Translations under genes and position numbers: made by a program | Shown here: positions 17,769-27,551 of the stretch, piece by piece | Layout of the letters: the number at the start of each line of letters is the position of its first letter | How positions within the stretch are numbered: the stretch's first letter is position 1 | The notes under the pieces: model-generated | Databases searched by the model: none | Told to the model about the DNA's origin: nothing | Seen by the model: only the letters and a program-made list of their open reading frames with translations | Assembly (NCBI GenBank): GCA_963820525.1 | Contig: CAWGAA010000003.1 | Location: forward strand, 736,001 to 800,000 | Origin: an uncultured Spirochaetota bacterium | Lineage (GTDB): Bacteria > Spirochaetota > Spirochaetia > SZUA-6 > Fen-1364 | Length of the DNA stretch: 64,000 nucleotides | Direction: 5' to 3'

Positions 17769-19244
17769 GTGCCACGGGCTTCTCTCCTGGGCGTCCCGCC
17801 CAGGATCATCATATACCGCGGCGTCATTGCGGGCGCTGTGCTCGTTACCGGAATGCTCACGGGACTCTCCGTCGTGGACACCCCCTGGATCGCCTGGGCG
17901 CTGGCGGCAGTCATGGCGGCTGCCGTGCTCTTCATTGCGCCCGCCCACATCCGCATCGGTGCTGTCGTGCTGGCGGCGGCATGTTCGAGACTCCTCGTCG
18001 CCACAGGGGTTGTCTCCAACTTTGCGAACTTCTTCCACTTTCCCCTGGCGCTCGGTGTCGCCCTCATCTCCGCCATTGAATCGACGACAAAGTCGCGCCT
18101 CAAGCGGCCGCTTGAAGTGGCGTCAATCTCTCTCCTCGGGGTCTCCCTTGTTAGCTGGCTCATCAATCGAGGAGAGCTCATCCGCCCCTTCCTGGATTGG
18201 CTTGTTTTCGTGGAGCCCCTTTTGATCGTGTACGCCATCGTGAACATGCCCCCGGATCACTCCAAGGTGAAGGCGCTGTGGATGCTGGTCCTCCTTATCC
18301 CCTTTGCACAACTGATTCTGGCTGCATACCAGGCGCTGACCCTGGGTCTGGGTGATCCCGTTCAGGGATTCTTCGTCGACATGGGCGCCGGCGCCCACGT
18401 TGCGGGAGCCGTCTCCTTGATGGGGACCCTGACCTGCGTTTCCCGGGCCCTTTCCGTCGAGAAAGCGACCTCACGGCTCTCCTGGCTGCTGGGCGCGAGC
18501 ACGCTCTTTCTGGTTGCAGTCGGCGCGGACGCAAAACAGGTCATCATCGCCTTCCTGCCGGCGCTGGTCATGCTCCTTCTCATTTCAACTCGCATCCGTC
18601 TCTCCAGGGCCATTTTTGCCCTCCCGCTCCTGGCCGTGCTCGTGCTGGGCGCGTTTTCCTACTACCGTCCTTTGCAGATGGTTCTGGACTGGGCTCTGAT
18701 CAGCCGAGGCGCCCTGGGAAAAGCCCAGGCATTCTCCATGATAGCGGGAAAGCTCTCCGAGAGCGGGGTCCGATGGCTTCTGGGGCTGGGTCCGGGCAAC
18801 TCTGTGAGTCGGGTAGCGCTGATGGGGCTGGAAACAATGGTGAAGCTCGACTCGCCCGTGAGGCTGCTCGGTCTCGGCCCGGCGGCGGTAACGCGAGAGC
18901 TCATGACCCAGACCGCGGCCAACTGGCTGTACTCGTCTTCCTCCGTCTGGAGCTTCGTATCGAGCTGGCTGGCGCTCTTGGGAGATCTGGGCCTGGCCGG
19001 CATCGGCATCTTTCTCTGGACATTCTGGAAATTATGGGTCAGCTTGCGCGCTCGCCGCGGATGGAAGGCGGCCACCGCAAGGGCGGTATTGCTCATGATG
19101 ATCATTCTCGCGTGCCTCTACAGCTGGCTCGAGGAGCCGGGATTCACCTTGATCGCCGCGCTCATCGTGGGGCTCGGCTCGATCGACACCGCATCACAAG
19201 AAATCCTTCCGGAGAAACAACCGGAGAAAAGCCCCGCGCACTGA
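17769..19244 (+). CDS. Polytopic membrane protein, probable Wzy-type polysaccharide polymerase
   Basis: About 11-12 TM segments, a large loop with LLGLGPG, then LLGDLGLAG (O-antigen ligase/Wzy-like pattern). It is the only polymerase candidate in the locus. Confidence 0.6.
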   Translation: MPRASLLGVPPRIIIYRGVIAGAVLVTGMLTGLSVVDTPWIAWALAAVMAAAVLFIAPAHIRIGAVVLAAACSRLLVATGVVSNFANFFHFPLALGVALISAIESTTKSRLKRPLEVASISLLGVSLVSWLINRGELIRPFLDWLVFVEPLLIVYAIVNMPPDHSKVKALWMLVLLIPFAQLILAAYQALTLGLGDPVQGFFVDMGAGAHVAGAVSLMGTLTCVSRALSVEKATSRLSWLLGASTLFLVAVGADAKQVIIAFLPALVMLLLISTRIRLSRAIFALPLLAVLVLGAFSYYRPLQMVLDWALISRGALGKAQAFSMIAGKLSESGVRWLLGLGPGNSVSRVALMGLETMVKLDSPVRLLGLGPAAVTRELMTQTAANWLYSSSSVWSFVSSWLALLGDLGLAGIGIFLWTFWKLWVSLRARRGWKAATARAVLLMMIILACLYSWLEEPGFTLIAALIVGLGSIDTASQEILPEKQPEKSPAH

Positions 19245-19254
19245 GGAGACGACA

Positions 19255-19905
19255 TTGCAGAAAAGAGTGCAGTGGATACTGCGTCACGTGAAAGGCCCCC
19301 GCGTTCTCGACATCGGGTGCGCCGGCTACCTCCCCGATGCCTCATCGGCCTGGTGGCTCCATGGCCGGCTCTACAGCCTTTTCCCCCAAGTGGTCGGAAT
19401 CGATTACGATGAGAAAATCGTCGGGGACCTGGCGGCCATGGGCTACCAGCGCATCCACCATGCCGACGCCCAGAGTTTCCAGCTCGCGGAGCGGTTCGAT
19501 ACCATTGTGGCCGGAGAGGTGATCGAGCACCTGCCAAACCCTGGAGTCTTCCTGGAGCGGGCGCGACATCATCTTGCTCCCGGCGGCAGGCTGATCGTCA
19601 CAACGCCCTCGGTCTTCTCGCTCGCTCACTTCCTCTATGCGCTGGTGCATTTTCCGCATACCTGCCCGAATCCAGGGCATACGGGCTGGTTCTGCCTGGA
19701 GACGCTTGCGCGCCTGGCTGCACTCAACGGCTTTCGGATCCGCTCCTGGGACCTGCTGGAAGATTACCGCTTCGATGTCCCGGCGCCGCTGTATCGCCTT
19801 TTCATTGCCGCGCTCTCCATCACGCGTCCGCTGATCCCGAAACGCCTGCGGGCAAACACTCTGGCCTTCATTCTGGAGCCCAATGAAGATACTCCTCGTC
19901 CATAA
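19255..19905 (+). CDS. Class I SAM-dependent methyltransferase
   Basis: VLDIGCAG, FDTIVAGEVIEHL, LAPGGRLIVTTP. GAGGAG RBS before the TTG start. Confidence 0.85.
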   Translation: MQKRVQWILRHVKGPRVLDIGCAGYLPDASSAWWLHGRLYSLFPQVVGIDYDEKIVGDLAAMGYQRIHHADAQSFQLAERFDTIVAGEVIEHLPNPGVFLERARHHLAPGGRLIVTTPSVFSLAHFLYALVHFPHTCPNPGHTGWFCLETLARLAALNGFRIRSWDLLEDYRFDVPAPLYRLFIAALSITRPLIPKRLRANTLAFILEPNEDTPRP

Positions 19906-21052
19906 TCACTACCTCCAGTCCGGCGGCGAAGACGCCGTTTTCGCCGCGGAAAGCGCCCTCCTCGACCGTCACGGCCATCAGGTGGCGCGCTATGTGGAGG
20001 ACAACCGGCGGATCGAGAAGATCGGCCGGTCGGCGGCGGCCGTGCGTGCCGTATGGTCTTCCCCTGCGAAGCGGAGAGTGCTTCGCCTCCTCCGCCGCGA
20101 GCTGCCGGATGTGGCTCATTTCCACAATACCTTCCCCCTCATCTCCCCGTCGGCATACTACGCGTGCCGCGAGACCAGTACCCCCGTGATCCAGACTCTC
20201 CACAACTTCAGGCTCCTCTGCCCGAACGCTCTTTTCCTGCGTAATGGACGTGTATGCGAAGACTGCATGGGCCGGCCTCTGCCCTGGCCGGGAATCGTCC
20301 ATGCCTGCTACCGGAAGTCCCTTCTCCAGAGCGCCGGCGTGGCCGCGATTCTCGGGCTGCATCGCCTGATCGGTACCTGGAACGGCCGTGTTGACCTCTA
20401 TATCGCGCTGAGCGAGTTCGCCAGGGAGAAGTTCGTCATGAACGGCGTCCCGGCGGAGAAGATCGCCGTGAAGCCGAATTTCGTGCATCCCGACCCCGGG
20501 GGGAACGCGGGCGGCGGATCCTACGCGCTTTTCGCGGGAAGGCTCTCCGAGGAGAAGGGGATCGAGACGCTGCTCGATGCATGGCGAACGCTGAAGAACA
20601 TAGAGCTTGCCGTCGCCGGTGACGGCCCCCTCATGGGGAGAGTTCGCGCGCTGGCTGAATCCCACCCCGAGACGGGAATCCGGGCATACGGCCGGCTCCC
20701 GCATGAGGAGGTGCTCCGGCTGATGAAGAGCGCCCGCTTCCTCGTATGCCCGTCTCTGTGCTACGAGAGCTTTCCCATGGTGATTGCCGAAGCCTTCGCC
20801 TGCGGGCTGCCGGTCGTTGCGACCGACATCGGGGCGGTCGCGGAGCTGGTGGTTGACCGGCGCACGGGAAGGCGCTTCCGCGCGGGTGATCCCTCAAGCC
20901 TGGCGGAAGCGGTGGCATGGCTGTGGTCGCACCCCGAGCAGGCGCGGGGCATGGGAAGGGAAGCGCGTCGGGAGTTCGAGACGAAGTACACCGCGGAGAG
21001 GAACTACGAGCTTCTGCTCGATATCTATTCCAGGGCGATGAGAAGCCGCTGA
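19883..21052 (+). CDS. Glycosyltransferase family 4
   Basis: HNHYLQSGGED, HFHN.FP, GRLSEEKG, PSLCYESFPMVIAEAFA. Confidence 0.92.
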   Translation: MKILLVHNHYLQSGGEDAVFAAESALLDRHGHQVARYVEDNRRIEKIGRSAAAVRAVWSSPAKRRVLRLLRRELPDVAHFHNTFPLISPSAYYACRETSTPVIQTLHNFRLLCPNALFLRNGRVCEDCMGRPLPWPGIVHACYRKSLLQSAGVAAILGLHRLIGTWNGRVDLYIALSEFAREKFVMNGVPAEKIAVKPNFVHPDPGGNAGGGSYALFAGRLSEEKGIETLLDAWRTLKNIELAVAGDGPLMGRVRALAESHPETGIRAYGRLPHEEVLRLMKSARFLVCPSLCYESFPMVIAEAFACGLPVVATDIGAVAELVVDRRTGRRFRAGDPSSLAEAVAWLWSHPEQARGMGREARREFETKYTAERNYELLLDIYSRAMRSR

Positions 21053-21068
21053 TGGAGGGGATGCGCGC

Positions 21069-21857
21069 ATGACGGACGCGAGCGCAGGCACCCTGAGAGT
21101 CGACATCCTCGGATGCGCCGTGGACCGTCTCACGATGCAGACCGCACTCGAGAAGCTCGAGCGATTGATCGCCTCCCCGGGCAAGCACCAGGTGATCGTG
21201 CTTCCCGTCAACTCCGTCATGACCGCCCGAAGGGACGCGGGATTCCGAAAGATCTGCAACGCCTCATCCCTTGTCCTTCCCGACGGCGTGCCCGTTCTCT
21301 GGGCATCGCGGCTCCTGGGTCGGCCAATCCCCGGCCGTGTGGCGGGCTCGGACCTGTTCTGGGAGCTTTCCCGCCTCGCCTCCCGAAGGGGCTGGTCATG
21401 CTACCTTCTGGGCTCGCGCGCCGAGGTTCTCGAAGCGCTGGAGGCAAGGCTGCGCGAGCGGTTCCCGGGGCTCATCGTGTCCGGCCGGCATGCTCCTCCC
21501 CTGCGCCACGAGTTTCCCGCCGCGGTGACCGACGACATCATCGCGCGCATCAACGCGGCGCATCCCGACATCCTCTGGGTCGGCATCGGCGCCCCCAAAC
21601 AGGAGAGGTGGATCCACGCCAACCTGGAAAAGGTGAATGCGAAGCTTGCCATCGGCGTCGGTGCCGCATTCGATCTGTGCAGCGGCTCCATGAAGCGCGC
21701 TCCCCGCTGGATGCAGCGCTGCGGGCTGGAATGGCTCTACAGGTTCATCAAGGAGCCCCGAAGGCTGTTCAGGCGCTACTTCATCGAAGCGATGCCGTTC
21801 CTTCCCCTGGTCCTGGCACGGCGGTTGAACGATCTGTTCACGGGGCATGGAGTCTGA
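21069..21857 (+). CDS. WecB/TagA/CpsF family glycosyltransferase (GT26)
   Basis: PDGVPVLW, RVAGSDL, VGIGAPKQERW, GVGAAFD, RAPRWMQRCGLEWLYR. Confidence 0.93.
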   Translation: MTDASAGTLRVDILGCAVDRLTMQTALEKLERLIASPGKHQVIVLPVNSVMTARRDAGFRKICNASSLVLPDGVPVLWASRLLGRPIPGRVAGSDLFWELSRLASRRGWSCYLLGSRAEVLEALEARLRERFPGLIVSGRHAPPLRHEFPAAVTDDIIARINAAHPDILWVGIGAPKQERWIHANLEKVNAKLAIGVGAAFDLCSGSMKRAPRWMQRCGLEWLYRFIKEPRRLFRRYFIEAMPFLPLVLARRLNDLFTGHGV

Positions 21858-21867
21858 TACCGCAATG

Positions 21868-21876
21868 TGCTATACT
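21868..21876 (+). promoter_or_regulatory. Extended -10 element for the 21919-26128 genes
   Basis: TGcTATACT about 40 nt upstream of a GGGGAG RBS and ATG 21919. Confidence 0.55.
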
Positions 21877-21918
21877 AGGGGGTACGCATTCATTATCCGA
21901 AGGAATTACGGGGAGAAC

Positions 21919-22827
21919 ATGGCAAGAGCACGCCTCCATCCCTACCTCCTCATCCTTATGCTCACCGTGCCCGTCGCCGCGGCTGGCTGCCTGGAAATCG
22001 GCGGGGAGTTCCAGCTCGGGAATATGGGCTTCACCTCGAGCCGATCCAGCTCGGACACCTCGTTCAAGGGGGGGGATTACTTCTGGGGCGGCTCCCTGTA
22101 CATTACCCAGGGCGTGATGGACAATTTCCAGGTCGAGGGGGGGGTATTCAGGGACCTGATCCTCGGCAACGTCGTCTATTCGCTTCTCCAGTACAGGACG
22201 GACTACTTCAGCCTGGGGATCGGCCCATTCCTCGGCCTGTTCAACTCCAGTTCCGTTTTCATGAAATCGGGGATTTCAACCCTCGTGCGGCTGGAGCTTC
22301 CGGGCGTGGCATACGTCTCGCTGCGCACGGATGGCACCCTGGGAAACGCCGTGAGCACCGAGGGGGACTACAGCGAGCAGCGAAGCGACATCGCGCTGGG
22401 CTTCTACGTTCCCAACGCCATCTGCACTCTGAGCCTCTCCTCCCTGGAGTTCGTTTCGATGCAGGGAACCGCGCAGGTGGTGGACAGCCTGACCGAGTAC
22501 TCGCTCAAGGTCGTCGTCTTCGAGAAGAATGTGCCCTTCCGGCTCGACTTCGACTTCGCCTACCAGGTGCTGCTCAAGAAATACATCGACGGGGCTGCCA
22601 ACCCGACCCACGGCCTCACTTCCTTCATCCTGGGAGTGGGGCTTGATCTCCTCTTCTCAAAGGAGTTTTCATTCCTCCTCGACATGGAGACCAGCGTCTA
22701 TACGGTGGGAACCAGCCAGCTCTCCGCCTTCTCGGACGTCGGCTTCGCTCCCTTCCTCTTCCGGGCGTCGAGCGGATTCAGGTTGATCCTCGGATCTCCC
22801 TCCCAGACAGACCAGGAATCTCCCTAG
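21919..22827 (+). CDS. Exported hypothetical protein, probable outer-membrane beta-barrel
   Basis: Signal peptide (possible AAGC lipobox) and many aromatic/Gly amphipathic strands, ending FRASSGFRLIL. Confidence 0.55.
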   Translation: MARARLHPYLLILMLTVPVAAAGCLEIGGEFQLGNMGFTSSRSSSDTSFKGGDYFWGGSLYITQGVMDNFQVEGGVFRDLILGNVVYSLLQYRTDYFSLGIGPFLGLFNSSSVFMKSGISTLVRLELPGVAYVSLRTDGTLGNAVSTEGDYSEQRSDIALGFYVPNAICTLSLSSLEFVSMQGTAQVVDSLTEYSLKVVVFEKNVPFRLDFDFAYQVLLKKYIDGAANPTHGLTSFILGVGLDLLFSKEFSFLLDMETSVYTVGTSQLSAFSDVGFAPFLFRASSGFRLILGSPSQTDQESP

Positions 22828-22878
22828 CCGGTGCTGAAAGCGCCGGCGTGAGATGGTATCATCTGGTGCGGTGAGACG

Positions 22879-24471
22879 ATGTCGACATATCAGGACGGAT
22901 ACGATAGCTGGGAAGCCTCCGGCGGTTCACAAGGCGCCGCCCTGCCCCGCACCGATGGCGCGGCCGGGTCAGCCGAATCTTTCGTAAATACCCCCTTTCC
23001 CGCAAGCCGCGGATCGCTCTGGGCCGGGACGATGAGGCCTCGAAAGCACAAGCTCATGATCTTCCTCGTCCTTCAGCTTTCTTTTTTCTTCGGGCTTCAG
23101 TATATGGCATGGAGGACCGCGGGGCTTCTCTTCCCCGTGGAAAACGATCTCTGCTACCGGCTCGTTCTGCCGCTTTCGATATTCTTTCTGGCCTATTTCA
23201 TCCTGATGTGGAGGAGCGTCTATTCCCGCGACTACCACTATTATTTAAAGAACAACCACGGCGCCGTGATCCGCAGTGCCCCCCTGCCCGTGGCGCTCAC
23301 ATGCGCCGTGTTCCTTGCGCTTGGAACCCATTCATCCCATCCCCTCACCGTGATCCTTCTCTACCTGACCGCGGGGGTGATCAGCTTTTCGATCGTTCAA
23401 GGCATGCAGTATCTGTGGATCCGGTATCTGAGCCGCCTCGGCTATTTCAAGAAAAAGGTCCTTGTCATCGGCTGCTCCCCCGATGGGTATTCATCGGATT
23501 CCCGCGTTCGCGACTTCGGAAGAACGAAGAGCTATGCGGGGGAGATCACCCGCTCGGGAGGCTCATGGCTGTGGAAACCGGCGGGGAACGCGGAATGCCG
23601 CCCCGTCGACGGATTCCCGCAGATCAAAACGATCATCCTGAAAGAAAACATCGGAGATATCATTCTCTTCCAGGGCGACTGGAGACAGCGCGAAGTGGAG
23701 CGGCAGCTCATCGGGTACTGCCAGTCCCTATCCATCGGCTACTATCTTGTGCCGGAGGCAGTGGAGAAGACAGCGACAAAAAACGTGAGCTCGCTTCTGT
23801 TCCCCTACATCCCGGTGCTGGAGAGGTTCGCGGGAACTAGGGACTCCCTCACGGCGGTATCCCTGAAAAGGCTGATCGACATGGCGATCTCCTTCATCAC
23901 ATTGCTTCTCTTCATTCCCGTCGGTCTGTTGATCGCGCTGGCCATCCTCGTCGACGACGGCGGCCCCGTTTTCTACGTCTCCACCCGGATCGGCAAGAAC
24001 GGCAGGCCGATACGCTTCTACAAGTTCAGGACCATGATCCGCGGCGCGGACAGGGAGAAAAGCAAGCTCCTCGCGTTCAACGACAGGGGGGACGGTCCCC
24101 TGTTCAAGATGAAGAACGATCCACGGGTCACGAGGGTGGGCGGGCTTTTGCGGCGGTGCAGCCTCGACGAGTTCCCCCAGCTTTTCAGCGTCCTTGTGGG
24201 GAGCATGAGCCTCGTGGGCCCGCGGCCCCACCTGCCCGGCGAGGTCGCGGAATACCGGGAAAGCGACTACCTGCGGCTGGAATGCATGCCCGGAATCGTG
24301 GGGCTGCCGCAGGTGACGGGGAGGAACACCATGGGATTCCGGGAATGGGTGAGCCTGGACCTGAGATACCGCAAGGGCTGGTCAATCGCCCTCGACCTCG
24401 GAATAATCGGCCGGACAATCGTCATCTTCGTCACGGATCTCTTCACGCGAAGGTCTCGGGACCATTACTAG
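22879..24471 (+). CDS. Priming sugar-1-phosphate transferase (WcaJ/WbaP/ExoY family)
   Basis: Four N-terminal TMs, KRLIDM, GPVFY..RIGKNG..F.FYKFRTM, DPRVTRVG.LLR..SLDEFPQL..V..G.MSLVGPRP. Confidence 0.92.
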   Translation: MSTYQDGYDSWEASGGSQGAALPRTDGAAGSAESFVNTPFPASRGSLWAGTMRPRKHKLMIFLVLQLSFFFGLQYMAWRTAGLLFPVENDLCYRLVLPLSIFFLAYFILMWRSVYSRDYHYYLKNNHGAVIRSAPLPVALTCAVFLALGTHSSHPLTVILLYLTAGVISFSIVQGMQYLWIRYLSRLGYFKKKVLVIGCSPDGYSSDSRVRDFGRTKSYAGEITRSGGSWLWKPAGNAECRPVDGFPQIKTIILKENIGDIILFQGDWRQREVERQLIGYCQSLSIGYYLVPEAVEKTATKNVSSLLFPYIPVLERFAGTRDSLTAVSLKRLIDMAISFITLLLFIPVGLLIALAILVDDGGPVFYVSTRIGKNGRPIRFYKFRTMIRGADREKSKLLAFNDRGDGPLFKMKNDPRVTRVGGLLRRCSLDEFPQLFSVLVGSMSLVGPRPHLPGEVAEYRESDYLRLECMPGIVGLPQVTGRNTMGFREWVSLDLRYRKGWSIALDLGIIGRTIVIFVTDLFTRRSRDHY

Positions 24472-24493
24472 ACCGAAATTCGCCAAGGCCAAC

Positions 24494-26128
24494 ATGAATC
24501 GGGCACGCCTGATATCAATCCTGCTCTGGACAGCCCTCACATGCCCGCTTCAAGCGCAGGGCGAGCTCCCCGTGGACATCGACGACCCCGTCTATCCCCT
24601 CCTGGAGATCTGCGAGATTCGGGGAGCTCTTCCTCCCCTATCCGCCCTGAAGCCCTACACGGAGCGGGAAGTCCGGGGCTACCTGGCGACGGCGATCGCG
24701 AAGAAGGATGCCCTCACGGCGGAGGAGCTCTCGGCGCTCGAGGGGATCGAGAAAGGTTTTGCGCGGGGGGATGCCCCCCCTGTGTATTTCGAAGCTGCGG
24801 GAGCTTCCGATTTTCGCGTCGACCTCACCGACACCTCGGCACTGCACTCCATGAACATGGCGGAAGCCGCCATAAAGGGCAGCCTGTGGTCCATCCTCTC
24901 GTACAAGGTCGACATCGAGGCGTTCCTCGACAAGGTGGACCCCGACGCGTTCCCTCCCTTCGACTTCACCAAGCTGTGGGACGGGTTTCACGTCTGGGGC
25001 GAGAACGGCCAGGTCCTTGTCTCGACCGGCATCAATTCCCACCTGAACTTCAGCTCCGCGTCGCTTCCCGAGCTCTCCGTCGATCTCTTCGACCACGCTC
25101 TCAATCTCCAGCTCACCCGCACGCGGCGCGAGTGGGGACTCGGGGAAGGAAGCCTGAGCCTTTCGGGGACCGCGAGGCCCATCGAAGCCTTCGAGGGATC
25201 CACCCGTCCCGTCTCCTGGGCCGGCTTCCATTTCCTGGCCGGGACCCTCGGCTACTGGTGGAGTCCCACGAAAGAACAGAAGATGTTCTCCATCCACCGC
25301 CTGGAGCTTTTTCCTTTCGATTGGCTGTACATCTCTCCCTGGGAGAGCGTCGTCTACGCCAAGCGATTGGAGATTTCCTACCTCAACCCGCTCATGCCGT
25401 ACTTCTTCGGACAGCAGATCGGAGGGGATCTCGACAACGTGGCGTTCGGCGTCGACGCGGCGGTAACGATATCGCCCTTTGTCCGCCTCCACGCCTCCCT
25501 GTTTATCGATGAAATATCGTTCATCCCACTGGACACCTTCTTCTCGCGCCCTAAAAACCAGTACGCGTGGCAGGCCGGCCTCAAGGTGCCGCTCCCCTGG
25601 CCCGCATGGACGCTTTTCACCTTTCAGTACACGAAAATCGAGCCGTATTGCTATACCCACTATCTCCAGACAGTGCCCCAGTACACGTCGCCCATCGACA
25701 TCAATTTCACCAACGACGGGGAAAACATCGGCTACCATCTGCCTCCGAACTCGGACGAGTTCCTCTTCCGCCTCTTCGCCTCCCCCCTGGCGGGCATGGC
25801 GGTGACGGTCCAGTACCAGCTGATCCGGCATGGGACGGGAGATCACCTCGCGGGACAGATCGAGGGGGATATCGACACGCCGATCATCTATGACCCGCCC
25901 AGCGTGTACCCCATGAAGAGCTTCCTCAACGACGGTATCTATGAATGGATCAACGTCGCAACGCTTCACATCGCGTACGTTTTTGCCGCGATCCGAACGA
26001 GCGTGTGGGCTGAATACAGCTATGTGAACGCGACAAACTACACGAGCATCGTGGGCAACAATGTGGTGATGAACCTGGTCGGGCTGGGAGTCAGGATCAG
26101 CTGCTCGACGTGGGCAACCGGCGAATAG
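24494..26128 (+). CDS. Capsule assembly Wzi-like outer-membrane protein
   Basis: Signal peptide; N-terminal D.VYPLLE...RG......KPYT helical bundle; REWG.G..SL.LS..A.P, HRLE, YLNP and DN motifs typical of Wzi-family barrels. Confidence 0.65.
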   Translation: MNRARLISILLWTALTCPLQAQGELPVDIDDPVYPLLEICEIRGALPPLSALKPYTEREVRGYLATAIAKKDALTAEELSALEGIEKGFARGDAPPVYFEAAGASDFRVDLTDTSALHSMNMAEAAIKGSLWSILSYKVDIEAFLDKVDPDAFPPFDFTKLWDGFHVWGENGQVLVSTGINSHLNFSSASLPELSVDLFDHALNLQLTRTRREWGLGEGSLSLSGTARPIEAFEGSTRPVSWAGFHFLAGTLGYWWSPTKEQKMFSIHRLELFPFDWLYISPWESVVYAKRLEISYLNPLMPYFFGQQIGGDLDNVAFGVDAAVTISPFVRLHASLFIDEISFIPLDTFFSRPKNQYAWQAGLKVPLPWPAWTLFTFQYTKIEPYCYTHYLQTVPQYTSPIDINFTNDGENIGYHLPPNSDEFLFRLFASPLAGMAVTVQYQLIRHGTGDHLAGQIEGDIDTPIIYDPPSVYPMKSFLNDGIYEWINVATLHIAYVFAAIRTSVWAEYSYVNATNYTSIVGNNVVMNLVGLGVRISCSTWATGE

Positions 26129-26177
26129 CGCACGGCGGCCCCGCGGCGTGGAAGCACGGCCGGCCTCAGCCGTCCAG

Positions 26178-26197
26178 CGCGGCGGGGTACCGCCGCG
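26178..26197. terminator. 8-bp GC hairpin between convergent genes
   Basis: CGCGGCGG-GGTA-CCGCCGCG. Confidence 0.4.
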
Positions 26198-26201
26198 GGA
26201 C

Positions 26202-26711
26202 TTAGGGCGTGAACTCCTTCGACTTTCCCTTTGCAATCGAAAGGGTCTTCCAATCTCCCGAGCGCAGCGCCTTGGCCAACAAGACGATCTGTCCGACATG
26301 GTACGCCGTATGGGTGACGCTTCTGTTGAGCGCTTCGATCAGCGTGAGGGACTGGCCGCGGATGCGGATTGTCTTGTCGAGCGTTCCCTCGTCAATGGAG
26401 GCCAGGGCGGCGAACACGGCCTGCCAGCCCTTCTCCCACTGCTCGACCAGTTGTCTGCGTGAAGCGGATTGATCCTCGAATTCGGCGTCCCTCTCCCGCC
26501 ACGGCTTCTCACCATCCGTGGTCTGGAAGTCGGTCCACCTGGACCTGAGGTTTCCCCCGACATGCTGCATGATGACGGCGATGCTGTTGGACTCGGGATC
26601 CGGCTTCCAGGAAAGCTCCCCGTCGCGGACCTGGGAGATGGCCTTGTCCCCGAGGTCCTTGTACTGCCTGAAGAGGCCCGAAACGTTATCGATATAATTC
26701 CTCCAATTCAT
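26202..26711 (-). CDS. DUF1572 / DinB-like family protein
   Basis: SNSIAVIMQHVGGNLRSRWTDF.T.DGEKPWR.RD.EF and HTAYHVGQIV motifs. Confidence 0.85.
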   Translation of the reverse strand: MNWRNYIDNVSGLFRQYKDLGDKAISQVRDGELSWKPDPESNSIAVIMQHVGGNLRSRWTDFQTTDGEKPWRERDAEFEDQSASRRQLVEQWEKGWQAVFAALASIDEGTLDKTIRIRGQSLTLIEALNRSVTHTAYHVGQIVLLAKALRSGDWKTLSIAKGKSKEFTP

Positions 26712-26712
26712 C

Positions 26713-27435
26713 TCATGCGCCTTCCTTCTTCCAGTATCCGTCGAGGCTGATCGTGGAGTGGAAAACACGCTTGATGAAGAGAAACGCTCCCGTACCATCG
26801 ATCGACATCCCGCGGAGAAACCCGTCTCCCGCGGGGCCGTCGGCGTATGTGAGGACCGTCGTCATCTTTTCCACGCCGAAGGGAAGCGGACTGAGGGTAT
26901 AGCTCACCTCAACCGGAACCCCGCTTTCCCTTTCCAGGGCCGCGGTCCCCGTCAGGCTTGTCCCGTCCTTTTTCTTCAAATTGAAGGAGTACAGGGCGCA
27001 GCTCTTTCCGTCGAGGAGCTTGCTCTCCCCCAGGTCTTTCACGGTGACGGCCTGCTGGAGATCGGGATTGAACGGATTGTCTTCCAGGCCGATGGACATC
27101 GATTTGCCGTCCTTTGCCGCCTTTCGGTTTCGCTCCTCCATCGCCTTCTGCTCCTTTTCGGTCACGTCTTCGCCGTTTCGCGTTGCTTTTTCGATTGTGC
27201 TCACGGGGCTCCCATCGGCTCCCGGGGAAATGCGGATCAGCGACTCGAAGGTGTCGGTCATCTTGCCATTGTCGTCAAGGACTTCGGAGCGCATCACGGT
27301 GACTCCGGGAATCCACGGCTTGTTTCGTCCGGCTATCTCCACTGCCTTTGGCCAGAGGGAGTCCTGGGCGGAAGCCCGAAGGGCGCAGGAGCCGAGGAGA
27401 AAGATCGCCATCGCGGTTCTCGCATGAGTTTTCAT
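26713..27435 (-). CDS. Secreted hypothetical protein (beta-rich)
   Basis: Signal peptide ending ASA-Q. Promoter TTGGAC-17-TACTAT lies 9 nt upstream. Stop sits 1 nt from the next gene's start. Confidence 0.7.
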   Translation of the reverse strand: MKTHARTAMAIFLLGSCALRASAQDSLWPKAVEIAGRNKPWIPGVTVMRSEVLDDNGKMTDTFESLIRISPGADGSPVSTIEKATRNGEDVTEKEQKAMEERNRKAAKDGKSMSIGLEDNPFNPDLQQAVTVKDLGESKLLDGKSCALYSFNLKKKDGTSLTGTAALERESGVPVEVSYTLSPLPFGVEKMTTVLTYADGPAGDGFLRGMSIDGTGAFLFIKRVFHSTISLDGYWKKEGA

Positions 27436-27551
27436 GACAAGGAAATAGTACCTCCGTTCGGCGCCTTGTCCAAGACCGCCTCGGTGAGACCCGTCCGTAT
27501 CGTCGTCAAGAGCTCGGCCGCGGCGTCCGACATTGAAGAGTGGAGAACAAC

